Source: Trueperaceae bacterium
Lineage (GTDB): Bacteria; Deinococcota; Deinococci; Deinococcales; Trueperaceae
NCBI GenBank assembly: GCA_034521815.1
Contig: JAXHLW010000013.1
Coordinates: 1,184,001 to 1,248,000, forward strand
Length of the DNA stretch: 64,000 nucleotides
Reading direction: 5' to 3'
The notes below the pieces were generated by a model. That model did no database searches. It was given only the letters and a program-made list of their open reading frames with translations, and was not told the origin of the DNA. The number at the start of each line of letters is the position of its first letter. Position 1 is the stretch's first letter. Positions 24,856 to 34,984 of this stretch are shown one piece after another. A program made the translations under genes and the position numbers.

Positions 24856-25902
24856 TCAGCCCCGGCTGAACGCCACGTACCGCTCCAGCGTCCTCAGGCC
24901 CGCCCCATCGTCCAACAGCTCGCCGGCGCGCTCGACGCCCTCGGCGACGCTGCCCGCCAGATCGGCCAGGTACAGCGCGGCTCCGGCGTTGAACTGCACC
25001 ACGTCACGTTGCGGGCCTCTGCGCTCGCCGGACAGGATGGCGCGGGCCGCGACCGCGTTGTCGGCCGGGTCTCCGCCCAGCAGGGTCGCTCGCGGGGCAC
25101 GCTCCAAGCCGACGTCCTCGGGAACCAGCGAGTGCTCGACGATCTCGCCGTCCGGGCGGAGCTCGGACACGAACGTCTCGCCACTGATCGTGAAGTCGTC
25201 GAGACCGTCGCCGTGCACCACCAGGGCGCGCTCGAGCCCCAGGCCGCGCAGCACCTCCGCGAGCGTCCGGGTCAGTGCGGGGCTGTACACCCCCATCAGC
25301 TGACGCGACGCGCCTGCCGGGTTCGTGAGCGGGCCCAAGTTGTTGAAGATCGTGCGGGCCTTCAGGTCGGCGCGGATCGGGGCGACGAACCGCATCGCCG
25401 GGTGGTGCCTCCGTGCGAACAGGAAGGCGAGCCCGATCTCCTCGATCGCGCGCGACAGCCGATCTGGATCCAGATCGAGGCCGACGCCGAGGGCCTCGAG
25501 CACGTCCGCGGAGCCGCTCCGCTTCGTGACCCCGCGGTTGCCGTGCTTCGCGAGGCGGGCGCCACCGGCCGCAGCGACGAACGCCGCCGTCGTGCTGACG
25601 TTGATCGTGCTGACGCCGGTCCCGCCCGTGCCGCAGATGTCCAGCAGCGGGCCGTCGTCAGCGACCGGGACGCGGATCGACCGTTCGCGCATGGCCTCGG
25701 CGAACCCGATGATCTCGTCGACGGTTTCGCCTCGCGTGCGCAGCGCGGCGAGGAGGGCGGCGGCCTGCATCTGCGACAGCTCGCCGTCCATCAGCATGCC
25801 CATCACCTCGCGAGCCCGCTCGCGCGTCAGCGTGCGGCCCTCGAAGATGGTGGAGAGGGTGGTGGCGACGTCGAACGTGGACGATTCCGGTGCGTCGGTC
25901 AT
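24856..25902 (-). CDS. trpD: Anthranilate phosphoribosyltransferase
   Basis: DICGTGG, NVST, KHGNR, SGSADVLEALG, RTIFN.LGPLTNP. Confidence 0.96.
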   Translation of the reverse strand: MTDAPESSTFDVATTLSTIFEGRTLTRERAREVMGMLMDGELSQMQAAALLAALRTRGETVDEIIGFAEAMRERSIRVPVADDGPLLDICGTGGTGVSTINVSTTAAFVAAAGGARLAKHGNRGVTKRSGSADVLEALGVGLDLDPDRLSRAIEEIGLAFLFARRHHPAMRFVAPIRADLKARTIFNNLGPLTNPAGASRQLMGVYSPALTRTLAEVLRGLGLERALVVHGDGLDDFTISGETFVSELRPDGEIVEHSLVPEDVGLERAPRATLLGGDPADNAVAARAILSGERRGPQRDVVQFNAGAALYLADLAGSVAEGVERAGELLDDGAGLRTLERYVAFSRG

Positions 25903-26848
25903 GGCGTCTCCTTTTCACTGTCGATCTCGCCTCGCGGATCGCCCGACGACGGGGCGTCCGCCGCGCCTCGGGCGTCATCGCTGTTCCTTGCCTCGTCCCG
26001 TGCTCCTCGAGCGTACGCGCGCTCGTACGCGACGACGTCCGCGTCGATCCAGCGGGTCCACGGACCCGCCCACCAGATCCGTTTCGCCGCCAGCAGCACC
26101 GGATGCACGCCCAGCCACCAGGCGGTCGCGGCGTCGGCGCGGCGGCGGGCCAGACGACGGTGCGCGCGCCCTGCCCAGTACGCCTTGCCGGAATCGTCCC
26201 AGACGCGCCCGTGATGCTGGGCCCCACCACCGGGAACGTGCCGGAACACGGCACCGGCGTCGCGCAGTCGCAACGCCAGCTCCGGGTCCTCGCCACCGTA
26301 GCCGGTCCAGGCGGGATCGTACCCTCCGACCGCCTCGAACAACGCGCGCGGCACGCTCGTGTTCGCGCCGGTAGCGTTCATCCAATGCGCCCGACCGAAC
26401 GTCGTCCAGGTGCGCTCGAACGGCTCGCGGCGCCCACCGGTCCGCAGCTCGCCGGGGAGACGCAGCGTGCCGACGCCCACGGCCGTACGCACCGTGGCAT
26501 GAAGCGTCAGGTGCGCTGCGAGCGCGGTCGGATCGTGCGTACAGTCGTCGTCGCTGAGGAGGAGGACGTCTGCCCGCGAGTGCGCCGCCGCGAGGTTCCG
26601 CGCGCGCCCGACCGGCTGGTCCGAGCCGCCCGACACGTGCAGGGCGAACGGCAGAGCGGCTCGCTCGAGGCTGGCGCGTTGCCGCGCGGTCTCCTCCGGC
26701 GTCTCGTTCAGCCAGATGCGCCACTCGAAACGGTCGGGCGAAAGCGTCTGATCCCGAAGGCTCTCGGCCTTCAGGCGCAGCGCGTCGATACGCCCGCGAC
26801 TCGCGGTCACCACCGAGAGCTCGGGTCGCGCGGCACCGGGCCCGTCGC

Positions 26849-26852
<4 letters not shown>
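25899..26852 (-). CDS. Glycosyltransferase family 2
   Basis: ELSVV, GRARNLAA, LLSDDDC (DxD-like), GANTSVPR..FEAVGGYD, YGGEDPELALRL. Confidence 0.85.
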
Positions 26853-27444
<592 letters not shown>

Positions 27445-27445
<1 letters not shown>

Positions 27446-28872
27446 CAGGCCAGTCCCTCGGTCGCCATCTCGACGGCGCGACGCAACGCGGCGAGCTTGT
27501 TGAGGCTCTCCTGGTACTCCGCCTCGGGATCGCTGTCCGCCACCACGCCACCGCCGGCCTGCAGGTGCAGGCGGCCGTTCGCCACGACCATGGTGCGCAG
27601 CGTGAGCGCCATGTCCATCGCCCCGTCCACCGACAGGTAGCCGAACGCGCCGGCGTACGGACCGCGCCGCGTCGGCTCGAGCTCGTCGATGATCTCCATG
27701 GCGCGGATCTTCGGCGCACCGCTGGCCGTGCCCATCGGCAGCGTCGCAGCCAGAGCGTCGAGCGGGGTCTTGCCTTCGGCCAGCTCCCCCTCGACGGTCG
27801 AGACGAGGTGCATCACGTGGCTGTAGCGCTCCACCCGCATCAGATCGCTGACCTGGACGGTGCCGTGGCGGCAGACCCGGCCCAGGTCGTTCCGACCCAG
27901 GTCGACGAGCATGACGTGCTCTGCGCGCTCCTTGTCGTCCGCCAAGAGATCGTCGGCCAGCTCGGCGTCCTCGGCGGGCGTGGCTCCCCGCTTGCGCGTG
28001 CCGGCGATCGGAAGCGTCTCGACCCGGCGGCCGTCGCTGCGGACGAGGCTCTCCGGGCTCGACGCCACCAGGGTGACCGGCCCGAGGTCCAGGTAGCCGA
28101 GGTACGGGCTCGGGTTGATCGCCCGGAGCGCCCGGTACACCGCGAACGGATGCACCCCCAGCTCGGCCGACATCCGCTGGCTGGGCACGACCTGGAACAC
28201 GTCGCCGGCATGGACGTACTCGACCGCCCGCCGCACCGCGTCCTTGTACGCCTCGCGGCTCATGTTCGGCTCGAACGCCGTCCGGCGACCGGCCCGGTCG
28301 CCGGGAACGCCGGGAAGCGGGGCTCGCAAGCGCGCGTGCGCCTCCTCGACCAGGCGTCGCGCTCGGGCCTCGTCCTCTTCGTCGCCGCTGGTCGCCGGCG
28401 CGACCAGGAACAGGCGGCGGCGTAGGTGGTCGAACACGACGACGACCTCGGGCTCGACGAACAGCATGTCGGGCACGCCCAGCTCGTCGGGGTTCGCGTC
28501 GGGCAGACGCTCGTAGCGACGCACCAGGTCGTACGCCGCATACCCCACCGCTCCGGCCCAGAACGGCGGAAGCTCGTCGGGCCGGATCGAGGGCCTTACG
28601 ACGCGGTCCCACAAGAGCTGGAGCGGATCGCCGCCGCGCACCGTCCTCGCACCGCTCGCGGTGGTGACGACGGTCTCGTCGCCGCGCGTCTCGATCCGGG
28701 CGCGCTGGCCGACGCCGATGAACGAGTAGCGCGCGATTCGCTCGCCCTGCTCCGCGGATTCGAGCAGGAACGACGGCGGGCCAGCGAGCTTCAGGTAGGC
28801 GGTGAGGGGGGTTTCGAGGTCGGCGAGGACCTCCTTGAAGATCGGTCGGACGGGGGGCATGGCCTCGGCCAC
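27445..28872 (-). CDS. trpE: Anthranilate synthase component I
   Basis: LLESAE, NPSPY, PIAGTR, KERAEHVMLVDLGRND, SGAPKIRAM; GGAGG RBS before GTG. Confidence 0.96.
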
Positions 28873-29064
28873 GGGAACCTCCAGGCGTGCTGAGCGGTCG
28901 GAGCGCGCCGGGCGCGCCGTGCGCGCCTCAGCGGGGCGTGGGGCGGTCGGTTCCGCGCCATCGCCCCCGCACGCCGGTCCACGCCTGCGTCCGCACGGCC
29001 GCGCCGACGAGGCTGCACCCGAGGGCGCCGCCTCGTGCCTGACGCGCGGCCGTGCGGAGGCCGG

Positions 29065-29866
29065 TCACTGAGGAGGCGTCCGATCCCCGAGGAACATGCC
29101 GATCGCGTGGAACCCGGCGTCGACGTGGACCGTCTCGCCCGTCACGCCGCCCGACAGGTCGGTCACGAGCGCGAACCCCATCCGGCCGACCTCGTCGGTG
29201 GTGATGTTGCGCTTCAGCATCGACTGCTTGCCGGCTTCGCCGTACATGTCGCCGAAGCCCGGCGATCGAGCGGGCGGCGACCGTTCGGACGGGACCGGCG
29301 CTGAGGGCGTTGACGCGGACCCCGGCCGGGCCCAGGTCGTACGCCAGGTAGCGCACGGACGCCTCGAGCGCGGCCTTGGCGACGCCCATCATGTTGTAGT
29401 GCGGCACGACCCGTTCGCCGGCCAGGTACGACATCGTCACGATCGCTCCGCCGTCGTCCATCAGCTCGGCGGCCCGGTTCGCGACGGCCACCAGCGAGTA
29501 CGCCGAGACGTCCATCGCCAGGCGCCAGTCGTCCCGGCTCGTCTGGCGGAACGGCTCGGAAAACGTGCTCGCCGGAGCGTACGCGATGGCGTGCACGACG
29601 AAGTCGAGGCGGCCGAGCTCGCGCTTCAGGCGTGCGAAGAGAGCGTCGAGCTGCGCGTCGTCGGTGACGTCGCACTCGGCCAGGATCGGATCGTTCATGT
29701 CCTTGGTCAGATCGTCCAGGGTCGGTTTCAGACGCTCGCCCTGGTAGCTGAACGCCAGGCGTGCGCCGGCGTCGGCGAGCGGTCGAGCGATCGACCAGGC
29801 GATCGAGCGCTGGTTCGTCACGCCCATCACCAGGCCGGTCTTGCCGCGCAGATCGATGGTGAACAC
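29065..29866 (-). CDS. fabI: Enoyl-ACP reductase (NADH), one apparent extra base near 29261
   Basis: GV.NQRSIAW.IA, YNMMGVAKAALE, RVNALSAGPVRT; the C-terminus (..GFGDMY..KRNITTDEVG..TGETVHVDAG) continues in another frame. Confidence 0.9.
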
Positions 29867-29921
29867 GTCGTTACCTCCAGAATCGGGTCCGGTGGGGAGT
29901 GTACCGCAGGCGGCCGAAGCG

Positions 29922-30971
29922 TCAGCCGTCGCGCATGATTCGGTCGAACCGCTCGAGCGCGTCTCGAGCCTGGCCGGGCTCGCCCCGTTCCCGCCAGACC
30001 CGCGCCAGTCCTTCCCAGCCGGCCTCGCTGTACGGCTCGTGCTCGGTCATCCGCTGATACATGCCGGTGGCGGTCACCAGATCGCTGCCCTCGAGCGCCG
30101 CCTCGGCCGCACTTTCGAGAAGGGTGAGCTGCTCGCCCTGCAATACCGCGCGGAGGCTCTCGATCCACGACGACTCGAACTGCGCCAGGAACGGCCCCCG
30201 GTACAGATCGATCGCACGCAGGTAGTCCTCGTGGCGGCCGGTCGCTCTCGCCTGCTGCGCCAACGACCGGTAGCGGTCGACGTCGTAGTCGATGCTGAAC
30301 TTGTCGTGGAGGTAGTACCGGCGGTTGGCGGACTCGACCATCTCTCCGCCCATCACCTTGCGGAGACGGTAGAGCGTCGTGTGGAAGCTCGACGAGGCGC
30401 GGGACTCGGACTTGCCCGGCCAGAGCGCCTCGGCCACCTCGAACGTACCGACGCCGCTGCGATGCTCCAGCAGGTAGAACAGGAGCTCGAGCGCCTTGAG
30501 CGAGTCCCAGTCGAGGCGCTCGCCGTCCCGCTCGACGATCGGATGCCCGAAGCCGCGGGCCGTGACGGCGCCCTCGAGCGGTCGGCGAAGCTCGGCGACC
30601 CGGCGAAGACGGACCTCGACCGCCTCGGCGAGCTCCTCGCGGGCGAACGGCTTCGTCAGGTAGTCGTCCGCGCCCAGGCTCATCCCGCGACGCATCGTCC
30701 CGCGATCGTCGTGCGCGGTGAGGAACAGGAACGGGACCGACCTGAGCTCGGGCACCTCGCGAACGGCGGCGTAGAACTCGAACCCGTCGAGCGTCGGCAT
30801 GGTGATGTCGGACACGATCACGTCCGGCCGGAGCCCGCCGCGAAGCTCGTCCAGAGCGTCGCGCGGGTCGTCGAACGCCACCACCTCGTACCCCGACGAG
30901 GTCAGAGCGATCTCGGTCAGCTTGAGCATGCCGGGCTCGTCGTCGACGGCGAGCACGAGGGTCGAGGTCAC
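29922..30971 (-). CDS. Response regulator: receiver + wHTH + BTAD (SARP-like) output
   Basis: VDDE, SDITMP.LDG, FLTA and KPF receiver motifs; KALELLFYLL..EALWP..FHTTLYRLRK; LYRGPFL..W; EPYSE. Confidence 0.88.
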   Translation of the reverse strand: MTSTLVLAVDDEPGMLKLTEIALTSSGYEVVAFDDPRDALDELRGGLRPDVIVSDITMPTLDGFEFYAAVREVPELRSVPFLFLTAHDDRGTMRRGMSLGADDYLTKPFAREELAEAVEVRLRRVAELRRPLEGAVTARGFGHPIVERDGERLDWDSLKALELLFYLLEHRSGVGTFEVAEALWPGKSESRASSSFHTTLYRLRKVMGGEMVESANRRYYLHDKFSIDYDVDRYRSLAQQARATGRHEDYLRAIDLYRGPFLAQFESSWIESLRAVLQGEQLTLLESAAEAALEGSDLVTATGMYQRMTEHEPYSEAGWEGLARVWRERGEPGQARDALERFDRIMRDG

Positions 30972-31028
30972 GGAGCGAGTCTACCCAGTCGAGGCGCTTC
31001 CGTGCACCTGCCGGCTGGCGTGCCCCTC

Positions 31029-31090
31029 GCGTCAGCCCCGCGTCAGCCCGCGTCAGCGCGTCAGCCCCGCGTCAGCAGAGCGTCAGCCCC
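31029..31090. repeat. GCGTCAGC motif repeated six times with variable spacing
   Basis: Directly visible; on the minus strand each unit reads GCTGACGC and the first is the stop of ORF 31083..31274. Confidence 0.8.
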
Positions 31091-31274
31091 ACGTCTCGGT
31101 CGTCTGGAGATGGACGAGCGCGCTGAACTGGATCGCGCCGGAGGGAAGCGCGGTGGTGTCGAACCCCACCTCGACCACGACGGCGTCGGCGGGAAGCGTC
31201 TGGAGCGTGCGGGCGAGCCGCTCCTCGAACAGCGACACCTCGTTGGCGGTGACGACCTTCATCTCATGTCTCAT
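31083..31274 (-). CDS. Small hypothetical protein (63 aa)
   Basis: Globular-looking composition, GGAA/AGGA-like RBS, overlaps the end of the upstream GDPD gene. Confidence 0.65.
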   Translation of the reverse strand: MRHEMKVVTANEVSLFEERLARTLQTLPADAVVVEVGFDTTALPSGAIQFSALVHLQTTETWG

Positions 31275-32070
31275 GCCGGGGTTCCTTTCCGTGACGAGCG
31301 AGGACCGTCGGATCGTCGCCGATCAGCCCGCCGACGCCTGCTCGCGCGAGCTCCTCCATCCGGCCAGGATCGTTCACGGTCCAGACGTGGACGGGGAGGC
31401 CGCGCTCGCGGCAGCGAGCCAGGAGCGGGGCGGTCGCCTGGCGATCCTCGGGATGCAGTGCGTCGACGTGGAGCCAGCGGGCCGCGCGTCCCGAGCGCAG
31501 GCCGCGCGGCGCGTCGGGCGTGGTCAGCAGCGCGGTCCTCAGCCTGGGCGCGGACAGGCGGACCCGCGCCAGCGCGAGGGGGTCGAAGCTGGACACCAGC
31601 ACGCGATCGTCGAGCCCGCTGGCGCGCACCGCGGCCACCAGCTCGCGCTCCAGCGACCAGGAGCGGAACCAGGACGGAACGCTCTTGATCTCGAGGTTCA
31701 GCAACGTGCCCGGATGATCGCGGGCGATCCGGAACAGCTCCTGGACCGTCGCCATCCGCGGCTCCTGCCGACGCAGGCTCTCGAACGAGCTGGCTCGCAC
31801 CTCGCGTCCAGCGACGTCGAAATCGTGCCAGATCACCAGCACCCCGTCGGCCGAGCGCTGCACGTCCGTCTCGATGCCGTCGACGAGCGTCAGCGCGAGC
31901 TCGAACGCCTCGGCCGTGTTCTCCTCCCGCGGACCGCGCGCGCCGCGATGCCCGATCGCCCACGGCCGCTGACGCCGGACGCCCGGCACCGCACGAGGCC
32001 GCCATCCCGGACCGGCCCACCACGCGAGGGCGAGAAGCAGAACGAGCGCTAGGCTGACCGGACCGACCAC
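31264..32070 (-). CDS. Glycerophosphodiester phosphodiesterase (N-terminal anchor)
   Basis: IGHRGA, ENT..AF, GIETDVQRSADGVLVIWHD, NLEIK, SSFD, WTVND. Confidence 0.92.
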   Translation of the reverse strand: MVGPVSLALVLLLALAWWAGPGWRPRAVPGVRRQRPWAIGHRGARGPREENTAEAFELALTLVDGIETDVQRSADGVLVIWHDFDVAGREVRASSFESLRRQEPRMATVQELFRIARDHPGTLLNLEIKSVPSWFRSWSLERELVAAVRASGLDDRVLVSSFDPLALARVRLSAPRLRTALLTTPDAPRGLRSGRAARWLHVDALHPEDRQATAPLLARCRERGLPVHVWTVNDPGRMEELARAGVGGLIGDDPTVLARHGKEPRHET

Positions 32071-32143
32071 GTCACGAGCCTACCCCGACCGGCCGAAGCG
32101 CGTCCCGGGGCGGCAGCCTGGGGGTGGTACGATCGGGCCGACG

Positions 32144-33028
32144 ATGGGCATCAGCGCCAAGGCACGCCCGCGACGCGAACGGGTGATGCTCCTCCTTCAG
32201 CCCGTGGCGGGTGCCGTCGTGCGCGGCCTGGCGCCCCTCGGCGTCAACCCGCTTTGGCTCGTCACCCTGCACAGCGTCATGGGCATCGCAGCCGGCGTGC
32301 TGATCGCCGTCGCCGGACCCGGCACCGGACCCGGTGCCGGACCCGACGGCCCCCTCGGCGGATCCGTCGGCTGGACCGTGGCCGCCGGCCTGCTGCTCGC
32401 GAAAGCCGTTCTGGACAACGCCGACGGCGGGCTTGCCCGGGCCACGGGCCAGGTCACGAAGATGGGCCGCTACTACGACAGCGGCATGGACCTCGTCGTG
32501 AACGTCGCGGTGTTCGCTGGCTTGAGCGTGCACGTCGGCGTGCCCGTCGCTGCGATCGCGCTGGTCGTGAGCACGGTGGCCCTGTCGCTGGACTTCAACA
32601 TGGAGCGGCTCTACCGGCGGCCACGCACGTCCGCACCCAGCGGCCCGCCCGCGGCGGACCTTCCCGTGGGTGCGCCCGAGCCGGCGTATCGCCTGTTCGA
32701 GCAGCTGTACGAGCGCCTGCTCGCCCCGCAGGATCGCGCGATCGAGCGTCTGGACCGGGCCCTGTTCCGCCGCGTGGAGGGCAGCGAGTACGAGGACGCG
32801 CCGCTGGATCGTCGCCTCGCCTGGTCCGACCTGTTCTCGACCGCGACGCTCGTCGATCTGGGTCTGTCGACGCAGACGGTGATCCTGGCCGCCTGCCTGG
32901 TCGCGGGTCGACCGTGGATCTTCGTGACCGCGCTCCTCGTCATCCCCGCCTGGGCATTGGGCGTGACCCTACTGCGGCTGATCCGATACCGGGCGTATCG
33001 TCGCGGGGATGAGGAGCGTCCGACGTGA
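32144..33028 (+). CDS. CDP-alcohol phosphatidyltransferase family protein
   Basis: LDNADGGLARATGQVTKMGRYYDS.MD matches the DG..AR...G...D...D signature; multiple TM segments. Confidence 0.85.
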   Translation: MGISAKARPRRERVMLLLQPVAGAVVRGLAPLGVNPLWLVTLHSVMGIAAGVLIAVAGPGTGPGAGPDGPLGGSVGWTVAAGLLLAKAVLDNADGGLARATGQVTKMGRYYDSGMDLVVNVAVFAGLSVHVGVPVAAIALVVSTVALSLDFNMERLYRRPRTSAPSGPPAADLPVGAPEPAYRLFEQLYERLLAPQDRAIERLDRALFRRVEGSEYEDAPLDRRLAWSDLFSTATLVDLGLSTQTVILAACLVAGRPWIFVTALLVIPAWALGVTLLRLIRYRAYRRGDEERPT

Positions 33029-33537
33029 CCGAAACCGTGACCGAAACCCGTGACGCCGCCCCGAGGCCGCTGCCCACGGTGGGCGCGCTGATCGTCGCTC
33101 CCGATGGACGCGGCCTGTTCGTCCGCACCGAGAAGTGGCGCGGCCTTTGGGGCGTGCCCGGAGGCAAGATCGAGGGGGGCGAGACGATGCTGGCCGCGCT
33201 GCGCCGCGAGACGCGCGAGGAAACCGGCCTCACGCTGCACGACGTCCGTTGGGCCCCGACCCAAGAGGCCGTACGCAGCGACGCGTTCGCGCGCGACGCC
33301 CACTTCGTGCTTCTGAACTTCGTCGCGCGAACGAGCGCGACCGACGTCCGCCTGAACGACGAGGCGGACCGACACGTTTGGCTGCGCCCCGCGGACGCCC
33401 TCCGCGAGCTGCCGCTGAACGGCCCGACCCGCGCCCTGGTGCTTCACTACCTCGGCCACGGCCACTCCGGACCCGTGCTGCGCGAGGCACGAACGCCGAG
33501 CCGGGCGACGACCGGATCTTCGCGCGCACGCCCGTGA
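33025..33537 (+). CDS. NUDIX hydrolase
   Basis: Nudix box GGKIEGGETMLAALRRETREETGL. Confidence 0.92.
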   Translation: MTETVTETRDAAPRPLPTVGALIVAPDGRGLFVRTEKWRGLWGVPGGKIEGGETMLAALRRETREETGLTLHDVRWAPTQEAVRSDAFARDAHFVLLNFVARTSATDVRLNDEADRHVWLRPADALRELPLNGPTRALVLHYLGHGHSGPVLREARTPSRATTGSSRARP

Positions 33538-34247
33538 GGCCGGCGGCGCTCGTCACCGGCTCGGCGAAGGGGATCGGTCGCGCGCTTCTGCTCATGCTGG
33601 CCGAACGCGGACACGACGTGATCGTTCACTACCGCTCCAGCGCCGACGAGGCGGAGGCCGTCGCCGAGCTCGCCCGCGGGCTCGGCGCGCACGCCGCGAC
33701 GATCCGGGCGGACGTCACCGACGAGGCCGCGGCGCACGGCCTGGTCGACGCCGCCGCCGAGCGGCTGGGTCGCCTGGACGTGGTGATCAACAACGTCGGC
33801 AACTACGACAAGGGTCCCCTGGACGAGGTCTCGAGCGCTTCGTGGCACGAGATGTTCGACTCGAACCTCCACGCCACGTACTACGTCTGTCAGCGCGCGG
33901 CGCCGATCCTACGGGCCTCCCCGCAGGGACGGATCGTGAACGTCGGCTACGCCGGCGTCGACGCCTTGGTCGCGAAGCCCGGCATCATCGGCTACCAGAT
34001 CGCCAAGACCGGCGTGCTGCTCTACAGTCGCGCGCTGGCGAAGCGCGAAGCGCGTCACGGCACCACGGTGAACGTCGTCGCTCCAGGCGTGATCGAGAAC
34101 AGCGTGACCCAGCCGATCGACGAGATTCCGATGGGACGGCCGGGCACGCTCGACGAGATGGCGTCCACCGTGGCGTTCCTCGTCTCGGACGAGGCGCGCT
34201 ACGTCACCGGCGCGTTCCTACCGGTGGCCGGCGGATGGAACCTGTGA
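33534..34247 (+). CDS. tmpR: SDR-family dihydropteridine/dihydrofolate reductase (TmpR-like)
   Basis: ALVTGSAKGIGRA, HYRSS, NNVG.Y, GRIVNVGYAG, Y.IAKTGV..Y, VAPGV.ENSV and terminal AGGWNL, resembling the Thermus enzyme. Confidence 0.75.
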   Translation: MRPAALVTGSAKGIGRALLLMLAERGHDVIVHYRSSADEAEAVAELARGLGAHAATIRADVTDEAAAHGLVDAAAERLGRLDVVINNVGNYDKGPLDEVSSASWHEMFDSNLHATYYVCQRAAPILRASPQGRIVNVGYAGVDALVAKPGIIGYQIAKTGVLLYSRALAKREARHGTTVNVVAPGVIENSVTQPIDEIPMGRPGTLDEMASTVAFLVSDEARYVTGAFLPVAGGWNL

Positions 34248-34972
34248 CCCCTGCGGACACGAACCCGTTCCGGACCCGCACGACGCGCGACGACGCCGGG
34301 TATCTCCGCACCGGTCCGTTGCCGGCCGACGATCGTCCCGCGGCTCGCCTGAACCGCTGGCCACCGACGGCACGGCTGTACGAGCCGCTCTGGCGGCGCC
34401 GCAGCCTGGGGCTGCTCACCCTCGGCGCGTTCGGGACGGATCGCGAGCTCGACGCGATGACCGCGTGGCTCGCGACGTCCCCCGGCGTGCGGATCCTCGA
34501 CGTCGGCTGCGGCGCGGGGTTCTACCTGCGCGCGCTTCACGGCGCGCGCGCCGACCTGGACCTGCACGGCCTCGACGCCAGCCCGGCGTTCTTGCGAGAG
34601 GCGGCCAGGACGTTGGCCCAGGCGAACGTGCCCGCGACGCTGGTGCACGCGGACGCCGCCCGCCTCCCCTACCGCGACGACGCGTTCGACGGCGCCGCCT
34701 GCGGCGGCACGCCGAACGAGTTTCGCGACCCCTCGGCGGTGTTCCGGGAGATCGCCCGTGTCGTACGGTCGGGCGGGCACGTCTGGCTGATGGCCCAGAT
34801 CGCGGCGAGAACGTGGCCCGCCCGCTTCGGACAGGCGCTGGCTCGGACCGGCGGGCTATGGATTCCGAGCACCGACGAGTTCGTCGACCGTGCCGAGGCC
34901 GCCGGGCTGCGAGCGGTCAGGATCGAGGAGCGGGGACCCGTTCTGCTGGGAACGTTCGTACGCTCCGCCTGA
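34244..34972 (+). CDS. Class I SAM-dependent methyltransferase
   Basis: ILDVGCGAG, GLDAS, ADAARLPY..AFD, EIARVVRSGG. Confidence 0.85.
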   Translation: MTPADTNPFRTRTTRDDAGYLRTGPLPADDRPAARLNRWPPTARLYEPLWRRRSLGLLTLGAFGTDRELDAMTAWLATSPGVRILDVGCGAGFYLRALHGARADLDLHGLDASPAFLREAARTLAQANVPATLVHADAARLPYRDDAFDGAACGGTPNEFRDPSAVFREIARVVRSGGHVWLMAQIAARTWPARFGQALARTGGLWIPSTDEFVDRAEAAGLRAVRIEERGPVLLGTFVRSA

Positions 34973-34984
34973 ACGGCGGGTGAC

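Noticed and set aside
29240-29285. Programmed ribosomal frameshift in fabI
   Set aside because: No slippery heptamer or stimulatory structure seen; a single-base indel error is simpler
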